Below are positions 1 through 13,211 of a stretch of DNA of 64,000 nucleotides, piece after piece. How positions within the stretch are numbered: position 1 is the stretch's first letter; every line of letters starts with the position of its first letter. Both the position numbers and the translations under genes were made by a program. The stretch is from Mobula birostris. Taxonomy: Eukaryota. The DNA is taken from the NCBI RefSeq assembly GCF_030028105.1, contig NC_092390.1, positions 52,682,777-52,746,776 of the forward strand, given 5' to 3'. The notes below the pieces were generated by a model, which searched no databases, was not told the origin of the DNA, and saw only the letters and a program-made list of their open reading frames with translations.

Positions 1-712
1 ATTGCTCACGTAAGTTACACTGATATGAGATAGGACGTGTAGTTAGGTGACAGATAGGTAAAGAATGAACCACGTGGATAGTGAAATTATAGATCACAAC
101 AAGGGCACTATTAATTATTTTGCATAATATAGAACTGAAGTGGATGAGGGACTTCTGACATTATGCTCAATGGGTAACCAAGTTATTGACCTTACAAAGT
201 ACACAAAGTACCCAAACCCAAGTATACAAAGTGAATAACAAAGAGCATTCATATTCTCAAAATGATAGGAATCAATTTTTTTTTTATTAAAAGTTTTTAC
301 TTTTAAATTCCCTTAAGTCAAGAGAGATAGCATCCAAAATGTAGCGGAGTTATTCCATCTCCTAATCCAAGCACTGTTATTTGCTTTGATATTTTACACT
401 TGCAGTTTGGTGACTTGAGTACAGAGAAGATCTGTGCATAGATTACAGTGTAATAATCCTGTGAAAGAATCTATAGTTGCTATATTGGCCTCATTATTCA
501 CCTCAGAGTAGCAGCAAGCTTCCTCATCTTTCCCACTGACTTACCATATTGTGTTGGTATAATGAGTATAAGACTGTGGTTGTTCATTATTCATTAACCC
601 AAGTGGAGCTTCTGGCTGTTCCATTTTGTCCGGAAAGAAGCCAAATGCAGATAATGAGGAAAAGCAGAAACTGGAGAAGAGAAAAACTTAATGTCTGCCC
701 TCCCCTGCACTT

Positions 713-1247
713 TATACTCAGTGGCCACTTGATTAAGTATCTCCTGTACCTAATAAGGTGGTCACTGAGTGTACATTTGTGGTCTACTCCTGCCATAGCC
801 CAAGAACTTCAAGGCTCGACACGTAATTCTTCTGCCCACCGCTGTTGTAATGCATGGTTATTTGAGTTACTGTCGCCTTCCTGTCAACTTGAACAAGTCT
901 GGCTATTCTTCTCGGATCTCTCTCATTAACAAACCATTTTGCCTAAAGAACTGCAGCTCACTGAATGTATTTTTGTTTCTCACATCATTCTCTGTAAGCC
1001 CTAGAGACTAACGTGCGTGAAAATTCCAGTGGATCAGCAGTTTCTAAGATATTCAAACCTGGCACCAACCAATCCACGGTCAATGTCACTGAGATCACAT
1101 TTCTTTCCCATTCTGATGTTTGGTCTGAACAACTGAATCACTTGACCATGTCTGCATTCTTTTATACATTGAGTTTCTGCAACAGATTGGTGGATTAGGT
1201 ATTTACATTAACAAGTAGGTGTACGGAATAAAGTGGCCACAAGTGTA
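713..1247. mobile_element. Non-autonomous Tc1/mariner element
   Basis: Left end TATACTCAGTGGCCACTTGATTAAG and right end AATAAAGTGGCCACAAGTGTA are inverted repeats with TA flanks. Confidence 0.75.
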
Positions 1248-1769
1248 CACCTTCGTAGCTTCTCCAAACATTTCGTTTAAGAACAAGTTTGGCCTCAGTT
1301 AAAGTCTCGTAAATTCATTCAGGAAACGGGGGAAATCTTTGCATGCTGCTAATGCAGGGTATCCACGAAGACATCAGTAATCTCCCTTCAAACTAAGAAA
1401 AGTACTGGAAACAGTAATTAAATATTTGAACAAGTTACACAATTATGCTCGTCTCATTTACTGTAAAAAGGTAAAAACAGTTTTGGAAAAACGATCAAAC
1501 TCTGGCATTTTAGATTGTAGTTAGAGGTAGAACAGGGTGGGGTTGCTTTCATAGGAGGTAATGGAGATAATAAACATACATTTGGGGCATCCAGAAAACT
1601 TTGGTGATGAATTCTGAAACCCAAAGGAGAATTATAAAATAAATTTCAAGTGTAAGTGAATTTCAAATGTAATAAATTTCTTCTTAAATTTCTAAAATAA
1701 TTTCAATTAAAATTGGTCACACAATGAATTCAGCATAGTTCTTTGCAAACTAGCATTTTACTCACTAAA

Positions 1770-2651
1770 GTCTGCAGAGAGACTTGGATAGATTGGAAGA
1801 ATGGGCAGAGAAGTGGCAAATACAGTACAATGTTGGAAAGTGTATGGTTATGCACTTTGGCAGAAAAAATAAATGGGCAGACTATTATTTAAATGGGGAA
1901 AGAATTCACAGTTCTGAGATGCAACGGGACTTGGGAGTCCTTGTACAGGATACTCTTAAAGTTAACCTCCAGGTTGAGTCGGTAGTGAAGAAGGCGAATG
2001 CAATGTTGGCATTCATTTCTAGAGGAATAGAGTATAGGAGCAGGGATGTGATGTTGAGGCTCTATAAGGTGCTGGTGAGACCCCACTTGGAGTACTGTGG
2101 GCAGTTTTGGTCTCCTTATTTAAGAAAGGATGTGCTGACGTTGGAGAGGGTACAGAGAAGGTTCACTAGAATGATTCCGGGAATGAGAGGGTTAACACAT
2201 GAGGAACGTTTGTCTGCTCTTGGACTGTATTCCTTGGAGTTTAGAAGAATGAGGGGAGACCTCATAGAAACATTTTGAATGTTAAAAGGCATGGACAGAG
2301 TGGATGTGGCAAAGTTGTTTCCCATGATGGGGGAGTCTAGTACGAGAGGGCATGACTTCAGGATTGAAGGGCGCCCTTTCAGAACAGAAATGTGAAAAAA
2401 TTTTTTTAGTCAGAGGGTGGTGAATCTATGGAATTTGTTGCCACGGGCAGCAGTGGAGGCCAAGTCATTGGGTGTCTTTAAGGCAGAGATTGATAGGTAT
2501 CTGCGTAGCCAGGCCATCAAAGGTTATGGTGAGAAGGCGGGGCAGTGGGACTAAATAGGATAAAATGGATCAGCTCATGATAAAATGGCGGAGCAGACTC
2601 AATGGGCCGAATGGCCTACTTCTGCTCCTTTGTCTTATGGTCTTATGGTCT
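1770..2651 (+). mobile_element. CR1 LINE 3' fragment (RT C-terminus plus tail)
   Basis: ORF 1784-2278 with LVRPHLEYC..WSPYL..LERVQRRFTRMI and RGDLIE; ends in a (TCTTATGG)n tail. Confidence 0.92.
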
Positions 2652-3545
2652 AAACACTGAAATTAATTGTTGAAATGAGTACTTTGGCAAGTGTAAAGCT
2701 TCATATAAATCGATTATTGTCTCAGTACTTCACTTCAGCAATTACTTGAAGAATCTGCTCCAAATGTCAGTTAGAGCATACGTGAAGGAACTTCAGTAAA
2801 TAATGTAACAGACCTCTGATCTCTACCAAATAAAACTGTCCCCATTTTTCATACTTAAATCCTGGTCACCTTAAAACAGACAATGGAGTTAAGCAAAGGG
2901 TTGTATCATGGTCTAAGAACAGAAATCAAACCAGAGTCTCAGAACATCAATCCCTGTTCGCCATGAGTTTTGTGAATTATTACAATTATCTGAAGTTTCC
3001 TATTTTGAGAACTGGTCTTCAGGCACTGTGCAGGCAAGCAACTGCCATCTAGGTAAGAGTTGTTACACATAAATACACATAATTTACAGATCTATTATAT
3101 TACATTAAAATACAAAGTTCTTAAGAGTTATTTGCATTACAAGTCAAAATTCTTCAATACTCAAGTTCTCCAATAGCTCACTTGATAATGATGAGAAGTA
3201 AATTTTAAGACAAGTAATGATGGTGCCATATTTAATATGAAGATTCAATGAGGAAAGAATTGGTGAAACTACTCAATCCCATAAACTAAGTAGCCATTAC
3301 TGCAAAAGTCAATGCATTGATGTTAAATGAACATACAATTTGCTTTTGTTATTTTTCAAATAGTTGCCAACAATAAGTAGGAAGGAATGGCCATTTAGTT
3401 AAGGTAGCAAGATAGGTGAATGGTAATCATAGAGCCATATCTACACCAAAAGTCAATCCTTCAGACAAAGAGGAGAGAAATTTGGAAACAGCTCTTATAC
3501 CTAATATTACTGTGACCATTAAATATGCAATTATAAAATATATAC

Positions 3546-3671
3546 CTTGACATTGTCAAAATTGATGGCACAGGTAGATGATGCACGAATCCCAAGCTTA
3601 TTTTCTTTCTTCCCTACTTGGAGACCTTCAGTATCTTTATCCACTATGAAGCACGTGATTCCTTTATATCC
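3546..3671 (-). CDS. ACADSB: ACADSB coding exon 6 ([42 protein letters not shown]); later exons lie left of the window
   Basis: Translated by hand (absent from the ORF track): ttttcccag|GGA...AAG|GTATAT, 126 nt, KLGIRASST motif. Confidence 0.95.
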
Positions 3672-4624
3672 CTGGGAAAACAGGAACTTAATTTTATCCA
3701 TCAATTTCCAGTTTTTATTGACATTCAGATCTTACTAGTTTTCAATTGGTTTCTAATTCACTCCAACAGAATGGAGCTGGAAGTTGCTAGGAAATCCCAG
3801 GTGTTTTCTGCCAATTTATCCCTTATCAGTACCGGCAAATTCAGAATTTCAAAGCAAATGTAAAAGTCCCAAACTTAAGGGTAAAACTTTAATGGTAATT
3901 TCCTAGCCCTTACCACCAAACAAATTGTAGAGATGCCATCACAAAATTAATTGCTAATGGTGTGTGTGTGTCAACGTGGTCATACCAGGCATCATACAGC
4001 TAATGATTAGCTTCCATTTGATGTAGTAAAGAATCCAAACATCCAAAGACAAAACAAAACAAACATGGGTGAAAACTGTAATGTCACAACTACGTGTATA
4101 AGAAAAGTCGCTACTTTCAAATTTCAGTAAAAGCACCAGGGAGATGAAGAATTGCAAAGCACTGTAATACTGTGGCGCCCCATATTGAATGTTCTCACAT
4201 GAGCCATTGCTGTTGAAGTGAGAATAGTGAAATCCTTTTATTGTTAGTTTAGTGCTATGTTCAACCATGCAAACAAAATGAAGATGTCATTTTATATTGT
4301 GCAAGAATATTACCAAATAAAATTAACTTGCAATTATTAACTTCTGCTGTCTAAATATCGCAGATTGTATTAATTCATCTTTTAGACAATCTCAAGTTAT
4401 CCTGTTCTAAAGCAGAAACTTTGAAATGATTTTGATAAAATTCTTCACTAAATGCAAGTTGAGTATGACTGAAGCTACTTGTAATTGCACCAATATTTAC
4501 TTTGAGCTTTGAATATTGCACTTGCCACAATAATGAAAAAGTATTTAAAGATGTTAAAACAACTACAATAAATATAAACTTTATATTAATAAAGTGACAG
4601 ATCAAGCAGCAAACTATGGGTCAG

Positions 4625-5515
4625 TTACTGGTTGCATTACAGCTTAGTATAGAAACACCAATGTCCCTAAATGGAAAATACTACAAAAAGTAGTGGATAT
4701 GGTTCAGTCCATCATGGGTGAAGTCCTTGCAACCACTGAGCACATTCACATGGAATGTTGGCGCAGGAAAGCAGTATCCATCATCAAGAAACCCCACCAC
4801 CACCCAGGACATGCTCTCTTCTCACTACTGCCATCAGGAAGGAGATACAGGAGCCACAGGAGCCTCGGGACTCACACCACCAGGATCAGGAACAGTTACT
4901 ACCCCTCAATCATCAGGGTCTTGAACCAGAGGAGATAACTTCACTTACCTCATCACTGAACTGTTCCCACAACCTACTGACTCACTTTCAAGGGCTCTTC
5001 ATCTGTGTTGGGCACGTGGCCGAGAGGTTAAGGCGTTCGTCTAATTACCTCAAGGTCTCTAGTTCAAGCTTCGGCTGTGGCAGCGTGTTTGTGCCCTTGA
5101 GCAAGGCACTTAATCACACATTGCTCTAGTCTGTGCAAGGAGTGGCGCCCCACATAGACTTCCAATCTGCACCTTGTAAGGCATGAAAATGCCCGACGCA
5201 GGCCTCTCATGGTCTGAGTCGACGTTCCCTCCCTCCCTCATCTCTGGTTCTTTGTATTTATTGCTTAATTTTATTATTTTCTTTTTTTTTCCCTTTCTTT
5301 TTGTATTTGCAGTTTGTTTTCTTTTACAAGTTTGTTTTCTTTTACAAGTTTGTTGTCTTTTGCACATTGGTTGTTTGTCCATCTTGTTAGGTGTGGTCTT
5401 TGATTCTATTGTGCTTCTTCTGCTTACTGCGAAGGCTTGCAAGAAAATGAATCTCATGGTTGCATATGGTGACATTTAAGTACTTTGATAATAAATTAAC
5501 TTTGAGCTTTTAACT
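4625..5515 (+). mobile_element. Rex1/Babar LINE 3' fragment, interrupted by a SINE
   Basis: HHPGHALFSLLPSGRRYRS..TTRIRNSYYP; tail ...GATAATAAATTAACTTTGAGCTTT shared with other copies. Confidence 0.8.
5005..5237 (+). mobile_element. tRNA-derived SINE
   Basis: A box TGGCCGAGAGG, B-box-like AGTTCAAGCT, core GTGCCCTTGAGCAAGGCACTTAA, (CCCT)n tail, TCATCT on both flanks. Confidence 0.75.
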
Positions 5516-6839
5516 TTGTTACGTCAAAAACAATGTTAACTGCCAAGAATATGGTGAAGCAGGACAGCATTTAAAACTTACGGAATAGTAAACTCAACAC
5601 ATTAATTAAGAATGTGGTGTATGAAACAGGCTGATAACCACAGACAGAGCAAGTACATTGAATCTACTAAGAAAATACTAAAGTAAGAGACCTGAGAACA
5701 AAAGTGTGGGGGTGTGTGAGGGCACGCCTTATTTGCTGGTCGAAAGCAGCTTCCTTCGTGCCAGGTGGTGATTGATTCATTTAAAGCTTGCAATACTCTT
5801 TTCCCATTAGTTGGCTTGCGCGCCATGGTGCCCATTTTGGAGATACAAGAGTAGTACAAGCTAGAGGTTTGCCCTCTTTCGTTCCTGCCACCTATGGGTC
5901 CTGCTTCAGGCTGAAGTCGTGACCAGCACTGAAGGTCCATTGGGAAAGAGCGTTGTAGATGTAAACGAGCCTCTTGCATTGGTATAGTTAAGTATCCATT
6001 CACAGCATGCTTAGTTCTTTGGTTTTATCATTCAGGGAGATTTAGCAGCATATCTGTTCAATTAAGGAGTAACTGAATGTACAATATAGTGGTCTTGGGT
6101 AGCTTAGACAAATGCTTGTTTAGCTAGGTGCCTGGTTTATTGTTTCACTGTTCATTGCTAAATTAATAATTAAAATACCCATTTTTAAATTTGTGTCTTC
6201 CGTTTCACTCACTGGATCCTCAAACCTGCCCTCCCACATTACAAGGGGCAGAATACAGATTAAGAGATAGGGAAGTGAAATATCCAAAGGATTATTGCAT
6301 CGACACAGAAGGCATTTCTGGCAGAATAGGAGCCAATTCCCACAAAGGTCTCAGACAAGAAAGTTCTAATTGATAAGGAATAGCTCAATGCACAAAATAA
6401 GAAATGGGGCTATTAATGAAAAAATATTTTACTTAAGTGATAAAGGGCAATATAGCTAAACAGATTGTTAATTAGCAAAGAGAAAAAAAATCTTTATAGA
6501 AGATGAGCATGAGAAGGAGGATTGACAGAGCAAAAGGGAGTACAAGCGCACCAGGAACAGAACCTCAAGGCAACAGGGACAAAGGAGATCACAACATGAA
6601 CACCTTGGGGGAGATGGAGATGAATTTTTCAGGATTGAGGAAAAGACTGATCAGTTTTGTCAAGAATTGATTCTTTGCATTGGATGCAAATTATTTAATA
6701 AATACTTTATGATTATTCTTTGGTTTAAGATGTCGCTAACTACTGGTTTGAGTGACAGCTTGCTAGTGCCCAATGAAATAAAAAAAAAAACTAAATTCTT
6801 TGTTATTCACACTTTTCCTAGCAAACAATTGCTACAAAT

Positions 6840-7672
6840 AATGACCTGTGGGTTCGCTGTCGGAGTTGAGCTGAATTGCGTGTATTTGCAGTGTGACTGG
6901 AGTCGCATTGGGGCACAGTGGTTGCAGCACATCCCGGCTAGAGTTGCTGGAGTGGACTTGGAAGCAATTCGATGTGGCGAAGCCGAGGCGAGGCGTGGAA
7001 AGATCCAGGGTTTGATTGATTTAAGAGCCAAGCCAAATTGGAACGGTTGGGCGATGGCCTTTTTAAGCCTGGGGGCGAGGACCAACCCGAGGTTTGGAGA
7101 ATTTAAGCACCGAGCCAGATTGAAATGGTCGGGGTGTCAGGGTCAGAGATGAGAGACTGGCTCGCTGCCCCATGGGGTTTGTTTAACTCTGTGCTGAACT
7201 GAGACCTTCTGATTTGGCTTCAGTGAACTTCTGAATTGGCTGCAGTGATGCCTGGCGTTGTGAACTCCAGTTCTGAATGCTTTTTGCTTTATCGTTTGCA
7301 CAATTTGTTTTTTTCTTCCTCTCTCTGCACATCAGAATCAGAATCAGGTTTATTATCACCGGCATGTGTCGTGAAATTTGTTAACTTAGCAGCAGCAGTT
7401 CAATGCAATGCATAACATAGAAGAAAAAAATAAGTAAATCAATTACAGTATATGTATATTGAATAGATTAAAATTGTGCAAAAAACAGAATATATATTAA
7501 AAAAAGTGAGGTAGTGTTCACGGTTTCAATGTCCATTTAGGAATTGGATGGCAGAGGGGAAGAAGCTCTTCTGTTTTTAATGGGTTCTATGTTTTATGGC
7601 TGCCTACAAGTAGATGAAACTCAAGGTTCTATAAACTATCCACACTTTGATAATAAATGTACTTTGAACTTT
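6840..7672 (+). mobile_element. Non-autonomous repeat with Rex-type tail, with an opposite-strand Rex 3' fragment nested at about 7333-7568
   Basis: Same TTTGATAATAAATGTACTTTGAACTTT tail; the nested piece starts ATCAGAATCAGAATCAGGTTTATT. Confidence 0.5.
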
Positions 7673-8165
7673 AAAACAATATTACTGTACACAGTGGTAC
7701 AAATCTTTCAAACGAGAATAAATTAGAAAATAAAGCAAATCTCTTGATTTCAACTCCTTTTATCCTGCTGCTCAACCACATTTACAACCTAATTGAAAAT
7801 GCTGCCGTGGCTTCTGTTACATTCAGATAGTCTGTTGGTATGTTCCACATCCCCAGTACCCATAATTATTAAGAGAATTCTTATTTGCTATTCTGAAATT
7901 ACTTACATACAATTTTGGTGACTGTGTTCCAAAGCACTGAAAACATTATTTGTGCACTCCCTGTCTTAGGGAAGGCACATAGGTTAGTATAAAAATTCAC
8001 ATGTTCAATGTTGAATAGAGAAAAATTCACAAAAAGTTAATAGACTTAGGACAAGAAAACTTCTATACTCAGGCTTCCTGAACTAGACAGAGTAGACAGG
8101 ATAGTGATATATTAAGTAGTTAGGCTCATCTTTGGATCAAAGAGATTTAAAAGAAAACTCTAGAT

Positions 8166-8245
8166 CAGGGGTTCCCAACTTGGGGTCTACAGATCCCTTG
8201 CTTAATGGTATTAGTCTATGGCAGTGAAAAGGTTCAGAACCCCCG
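8166..8245. mobile_element. 80-bp hAT-Charlie-type MITE
   Basis: CAGGGGTTCCCAAC...GTTCAGAACCCCCG with 8-bp flanks CTCTAGAT/ATCTAGAT; related copies at 49019-49098 and 55279-55359. Confidence 0.8.
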
Positions 8246-8375
8246 ATCTAGATGAAGGAAGCTGAATAGTTCATTTAATATTTGGTTTTGAAAAATATTT
8301 ATTCAAATCAAAATTCTGAACATTTGTATAGTTTCCTGAATTCTTCACAGTAAAAACATTAGATCTGATACTTAC

Positions 8376-8546
8376 ATCTGAGGGGTTTGCATTTGCCATA
8401 ACTAGAAATACTCCAGCAAAATCAGCATTACTAATCCACATCTTGGAGCCATTGATGACGTAGTAATCTTTATGCTTCTCAGCATTAGTTTTCAAAGAGA
8501 ATGCATCACTTCCAGAATCAACTTCTGAAAGACAGAAACTGCCAAC
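8376..8546 (-). CDS. ACADSB: ACADSB coding exon 5 ([16 protein letters not shown]...[10 protein letters not shown]...NPSD)
   Basis: tttttag|GTT...GAT|GTAAGT, 171 nt. ACAD signatures FCLSExxxGSD and NGSKMWIS. Confidence 0.96.
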
Positions 8547-9284
8547 CTAAAAATATTAAAAGTGGTTATTAAAGATTACGTTTTATGGATAGTAACATGG
8601 CCTAACAATTGCTGACTCTACCGTAATCTTAAATAAGTAACCAACAGCAGACAAGACAAATGTCTCAAACACCCTCTATAACATGAGAATCACTCAGGCA
8701 CTTACTGAGACAAATCAAACTTGCAACCATATCATTTCCATGTCAGAGCACACATGATGACACAATTGCCTGCAAGCTCAGTAGCTATCCTTGGCAGCAT
8801 CTCGCAGTAGTACATCAAGTCTCTCCATCCAAAAATTTCATCCATTGAGAAGGCTGCCCATCTTGATTCTGAACCACTCACCAATGACCAAACTTCCCTA
8901 ATCTCCCCCAAGACCAACTGGTGTTTGGGCTTGTAGCTACTAATCTCCCAAATCCAGCCTAGGAAAATATCTGCAGAATGGCTAAAAGAAATTGCAATGG
9001 CCGATCTTCTGTAACCAATTCATTGAAGTCCAGTTGGTGCACCCAAACGGATGAAGGAAAATTTCAGGTTTAAATTTTGTTTGTCATGGAATGAGCAATG
9101 AAAATTAATTTTATTTAATTTTCAAATCACTGCCAATTTTTCATAAACTATTATTACACTGCATATTTATCACTACAATAATGCAAATTTGCATTATCCA
9201 ATCAAACACCGACTTATTTCTCATGTGCAGTATAAAGGCAGCAAACTTTCTTCAAACAACCGCATTGATTGCTTCAGTTTTTTG

Positions 9285-9468
9285 CCTACCACAATCCAAA
9301 GATGTACCGGGCAGGTTAATTGGTCATTGTAAATTGTCCTGTGATTCGGTTAGGGTTAATTGGGTTTGTTGGGGGTTGCTGGGGCGAAGTGGCTTGAAGG
9401 GCTGAAAGGGCCTATTGTGCGCTGTATTGGTAAGTAAGTAAGTAAGTAAGTAGATAGATAGATAGATA
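9285..9468 (+). mobile_element. HE1-like V-SINE 3' half with (AAGT)n(AGAT)n microsatellite tail
   Basis: TCCAAAGATGTAC..GGTTAATTGGTCATTGTAAATTGTCC V-domain, shared with the copies at 23050 and 49620. Confidence 0.7.
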
Positions 9469-9713
9469 GAATACAACTAATCATTTTGCTGGCTATCCTT
9501 CCTTAGAAAATTGTACTAGGATGGTGGAGGAAAAAAAAGCATGGTTACTATATCTGGGTAGAACCTTAGAGTGTTTTAGAGCATTTTAGATCACTGAAAG
9601 CTGTTTTATAATTCTGGGCATTTAGTATCAAACGAGCCAACGTTTCAGATGTAGTTATCTTTCAAGTATAAAAACATAACTTAAGGGTTCTAAAGTTTCC
9701 ATTCACAGCTCAC

Positions 9714-9920
9714 CATATCTTTGGCAAGTCGAGGTAGATATTTTCTTTTTTGTTCTTCAGTGCCACATTTCATTAATAACGTGTTGATCAAAGTGTTCTG
9801 TATGTCGCAAAGGACTGCTACTGAGGGGTCCACCTTGGCCAGCTCTTCAATGACGAGGATAGAGGAAAAGAAGGTTGATTCTGATCCACCATACTTTTCC
9901 TGAATTTCAATTCCCATCAA
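9714..9920 (-). CDS. ACADSB: ACADSB coding exon 4 ([12 protein letters not shown]...YLPRLAKDM)
   Basis: tttttag|TTG...ATG|GTGAGC, 207 nt. Contains [13 protein letters not shown] and [11 protein letters not shown] motifs. Confidence 0.96.
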
Positions 9921-12740
9921 CTAAAAACAAAGAAGAATCATAAATAAGAAACAATTCAAATAATCACGCGACATTTGGTAAATTAGGTTGTACTAAATGA
10001 AAACCTGACACTTTCACTTCCATTTTGCAACAGGCTGATAAACATGGATAACTAAGTGACTGCCTACAAAACCAGTGACGATGTTTCTATAAAACCAGAC
10101 CGTCCAAAGAAAATAAGACTTTTTGTGACATTAAGATTGTATGTTAAAGAAAAATGAATAATTACGCTAGTAAGAGGAATGTAATTAAATAAATAAGGGT
10201 ACTTAGACCAGGAAAAGAATTTCAAGAGATGCACATATTTGCTATATCAAGGGTCTGTGTGTGTTAGAGGATATCAGAACCACTTACTTGTGAATGGAAT
10301 TCTCTATTTTAGGAATTATAAAAGTGCTGATGGTAAATAAAAGAATAGTAAAACTGCACAGCAGGTATGAGGCATGTAAAAATATCCAAGAGGCATGGGA
10401 AAGTAAATGCCAGCTGGTAATCTGTTTAAAATGCAACACTATTCACAGTGCTGCACAAATGAAACAGCATGAAAGACACCAGTCATAGCTTGATGGTAAC
10501 GTGCAATTTTTCATCTTTCTTCTGATAGTAACTAGAGTCAGGATCCTGACCAGAGATAGAAAAAGAGAGCAAAATATAACAATGGAATCACTAATAACTT
10601 ACTGAAAATGAAAGTGAACAAGTATTTTGTTGGTAATCAAAAAATTATGAACAATCATGGCAGGATTTTTTGAGAGCATGAAGAAGAGAAAACAAGAGGG
10701 CTTCCACCTAGACATTAAAGGATCAGGGCCTGGGATACTGAGGAAGATGTGAGAGAAATTGAGGGCTTTCAAAGCTGTTTGGGAACTTGGTCTATGATCA
10801 AAGGGAATGAAGATAGAGAGACAACTTGGTGAAGTGGGAAGGGGGGAGGCAGGTGAGAGATTACAGCCCTCATGACAAATAGGATTGTTTGAGTGGGGTG
10901 GTGGTGGAGGGAGGTTGGGAAAGTAAGTACAAAAACAAGTATATGACACTTGATCTTCCAGAGTCTCAATCCAAGTTTACAGTATTGTTACTTCGTTGTC
11001 CCAAGAATGCCTGATGATAAAGGCACTAGAAATTGTATTGTGTGTGCAAAGGTGAAATCTTTGAAGACACACTGGCTAAATCTCAGGAGTGAAATGAAAT
11101 TACATGACTTATGAATGAATAAAGGCAATTTTCAATGATCTAATGCTGAAAAACACAAGTATCATGCACTTGAATTTTTAGGCCTTAAATGTTTTGAAAC
11201 ATACTACCTATTTCCCCAGGCCCTGTGATGAGGAATTCAATCAAAGGCAGGCTTGGCCACTTATGACTATTTTTGTATTTATCTGTGCAACATTAGTAAA
11301 ATGACTCAATGTAGAAATGTAGAAAAATTAAGAATCTTACATTTTTGTTACGTACAACTGGTGATGGTTTAAAAATAAAGTATTAATCTAGCACAACAGT
11401 TTTAAATTCTGATAGGTTTGGAGGAAAGTAAATATAAATTGTCACTTTGGCATCAATTATAACTTGTAATAAGAATGAATAAAGAAGGTGGATTAATAAA
11501 ATTGTTCTCTTTTTCAAATCATAGACAGACCTTATTAATGTTTCAGCTAAATTGGACATGGCTATCTATATTCTAGAAACAGCAAAGGAGATGAATGAAA
11601 GAAAGAAGGTACTCCTTCCAGCGATATGTTAGTGATATCTTTCATGGCTCCCCAACCTTTCTGTCAAATCTTAATTTAACATCTTAACATGTAAGGAAAT
11701 ATGAAGACAGATATAGGCCCAGAAATTTCTTAGAATGAACCTTGAAATCTTTCTTGTTCTTCAAAAGGTGAGAAGTTACAAACAGCCAAACTAAATAGTC
11801 ATATTTATAGATCAGTTTTAAAACCTTTTTCCTACACAATTCTGAATTTTCTGTATTTGTTCAATAATTCCCTTTGTAATTGCTCGGTGCAACAAATTGA
11901 ACTTTGCTAATTATAACAGTTGAGGAGAACAGTACCCATTGTTACTATAGAGTAGGTAGAACAACAACTTCAGATAACTGCACAATGACCATGACAAATA
12001 AACCGTGAGAAGATACCCTCTACTTTAAAGTCTACTATTTCAGTGGACTTTACTGAAAAACTCCCAACACTAAGTGTTCTATCAAGCCTCTGTTAATACC
12101 ATTGTTAAAAGCTTACATTAAAATCCTTCCCTCTGAAAAATATTTTCAAAATTCATTCCCTTCAGAGTTGCAAATGTAGAGACTGCATTTAAGACAAATG
12201 TTTTATGCTACAAATTCACCCGACAATTAGACTACTCGAATTTATTTCACCGAATGTTGACAATTTGAAAAGCTTATAAATTTCTCAAATGCACATCATA
12301 TGTAGAGCTCTTAAAAGCAAGAGTGCAATATGCCTCAACCCAAGCTAAAGACCTACAATGTAAGAATAATATCATGTCTAGTTTAACAAAAATATTTTTG
12401 GACACGGATATTTTGATTTAATTGAGAAGTTGGAAGAGTTTCTTTAAACAATTAGTGTAGAATTAGTGCAAAAAGGTTGTTGATGTTTATCAGAGGGCCT
12501 GTTTCCATGTTGTATCTCTCTATGAATCCATGGCCTGTTAATTTCCATATAGAAGAGTTGCTTACTTACTTCACCAAGGATCCTTACTATCCATGGTTAA
12601 ATGATATACAAACGTTTGTATGTTGTATAAAACTGATAAAAGGAGTTTTGCTTAGTGTTCAGAGAATTGTACTTTCTCCCCAACATTATAATTGCAATTA
12701 AGCAGCTTGAACAGGTACATAAACAACAAACAACAGGAAC

Positions 12741-12838
12741 GACGAAGGGTCTCGGCCTGAAACGTCGACTGTACCTCTTCCTAGAGATGCTGCCTGGCCT
12801 GCTGCGTTCACCAGCAACTTTGATGTGTGTTGCTTGAA
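12741..12838 (+). mobile_element. Penelope-like terminal fragment with truncated hammerhead motif
   Basis: GACGAAGGGTCTCGGCCTGAAACGTCGACTG..GATGCTGCCTGGCCTGCTG; same terminus as the GIY-YIG-bearing element at 53315-54520. Confidence 0.75.
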
Positions 12839-13211
12839 CAGGTACATAACTAATTTGTGCACAATGTACGTACAAGAAAGAAACCAGTAATTTGTCCACA
12901 TGACAAAGATGTAGAGTATGCAAGCAAACCTCAAATGTTTAAACCATCAGAGAGGATGTGCATACCTCTAGTCCATACTGGACTAAACATAACTTTCTGA
13001 GAAACTGAGAGTTAGCTATATAATTTAATACTGTTTTAGCTAATTTAAAGATAGACAAAAAGCAACAATTTACCCAATTATGTGCAAAGTTTTGGCACTG
13101 GAAAAAAAATTCAGAACACAATCATCTGAAGCATACAGTTCCTATCCATGACCTTTGGAGTTATGGTACAGAGTAACAAACATAAGACTTCTCCAATAAA
13201 ATATTACTAAC

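Noticed and set aside
1-3545. ACADSB exon 7 (expected ..LNEGRIGIAAQ)
   Set aside because: Not found on the minus strand by eye; presumed left of the window.
5010-5080. tRNA-like sequences here and near 22050, 23050, 36260 and 49620
   Set aside because: They continue into SINE cores and tails and lack a clean cloverleaf; not tRNA genes.
5311-5364. Three 18-bp tandem units AGTTTGTTTTCTTTTACA, giving a CKRKQT repeat ORF and a hydrophobic ORF
   Set aside because: Slippage within a Rex 3' tail; no spacers, not CRISPR-like, not coding.
5602-6003. 133-aa ORF on the ACADSB strand
   Set aside because: No acyl-CoA dehydrogenase similarity; exons 5 and 6 already join in frame.
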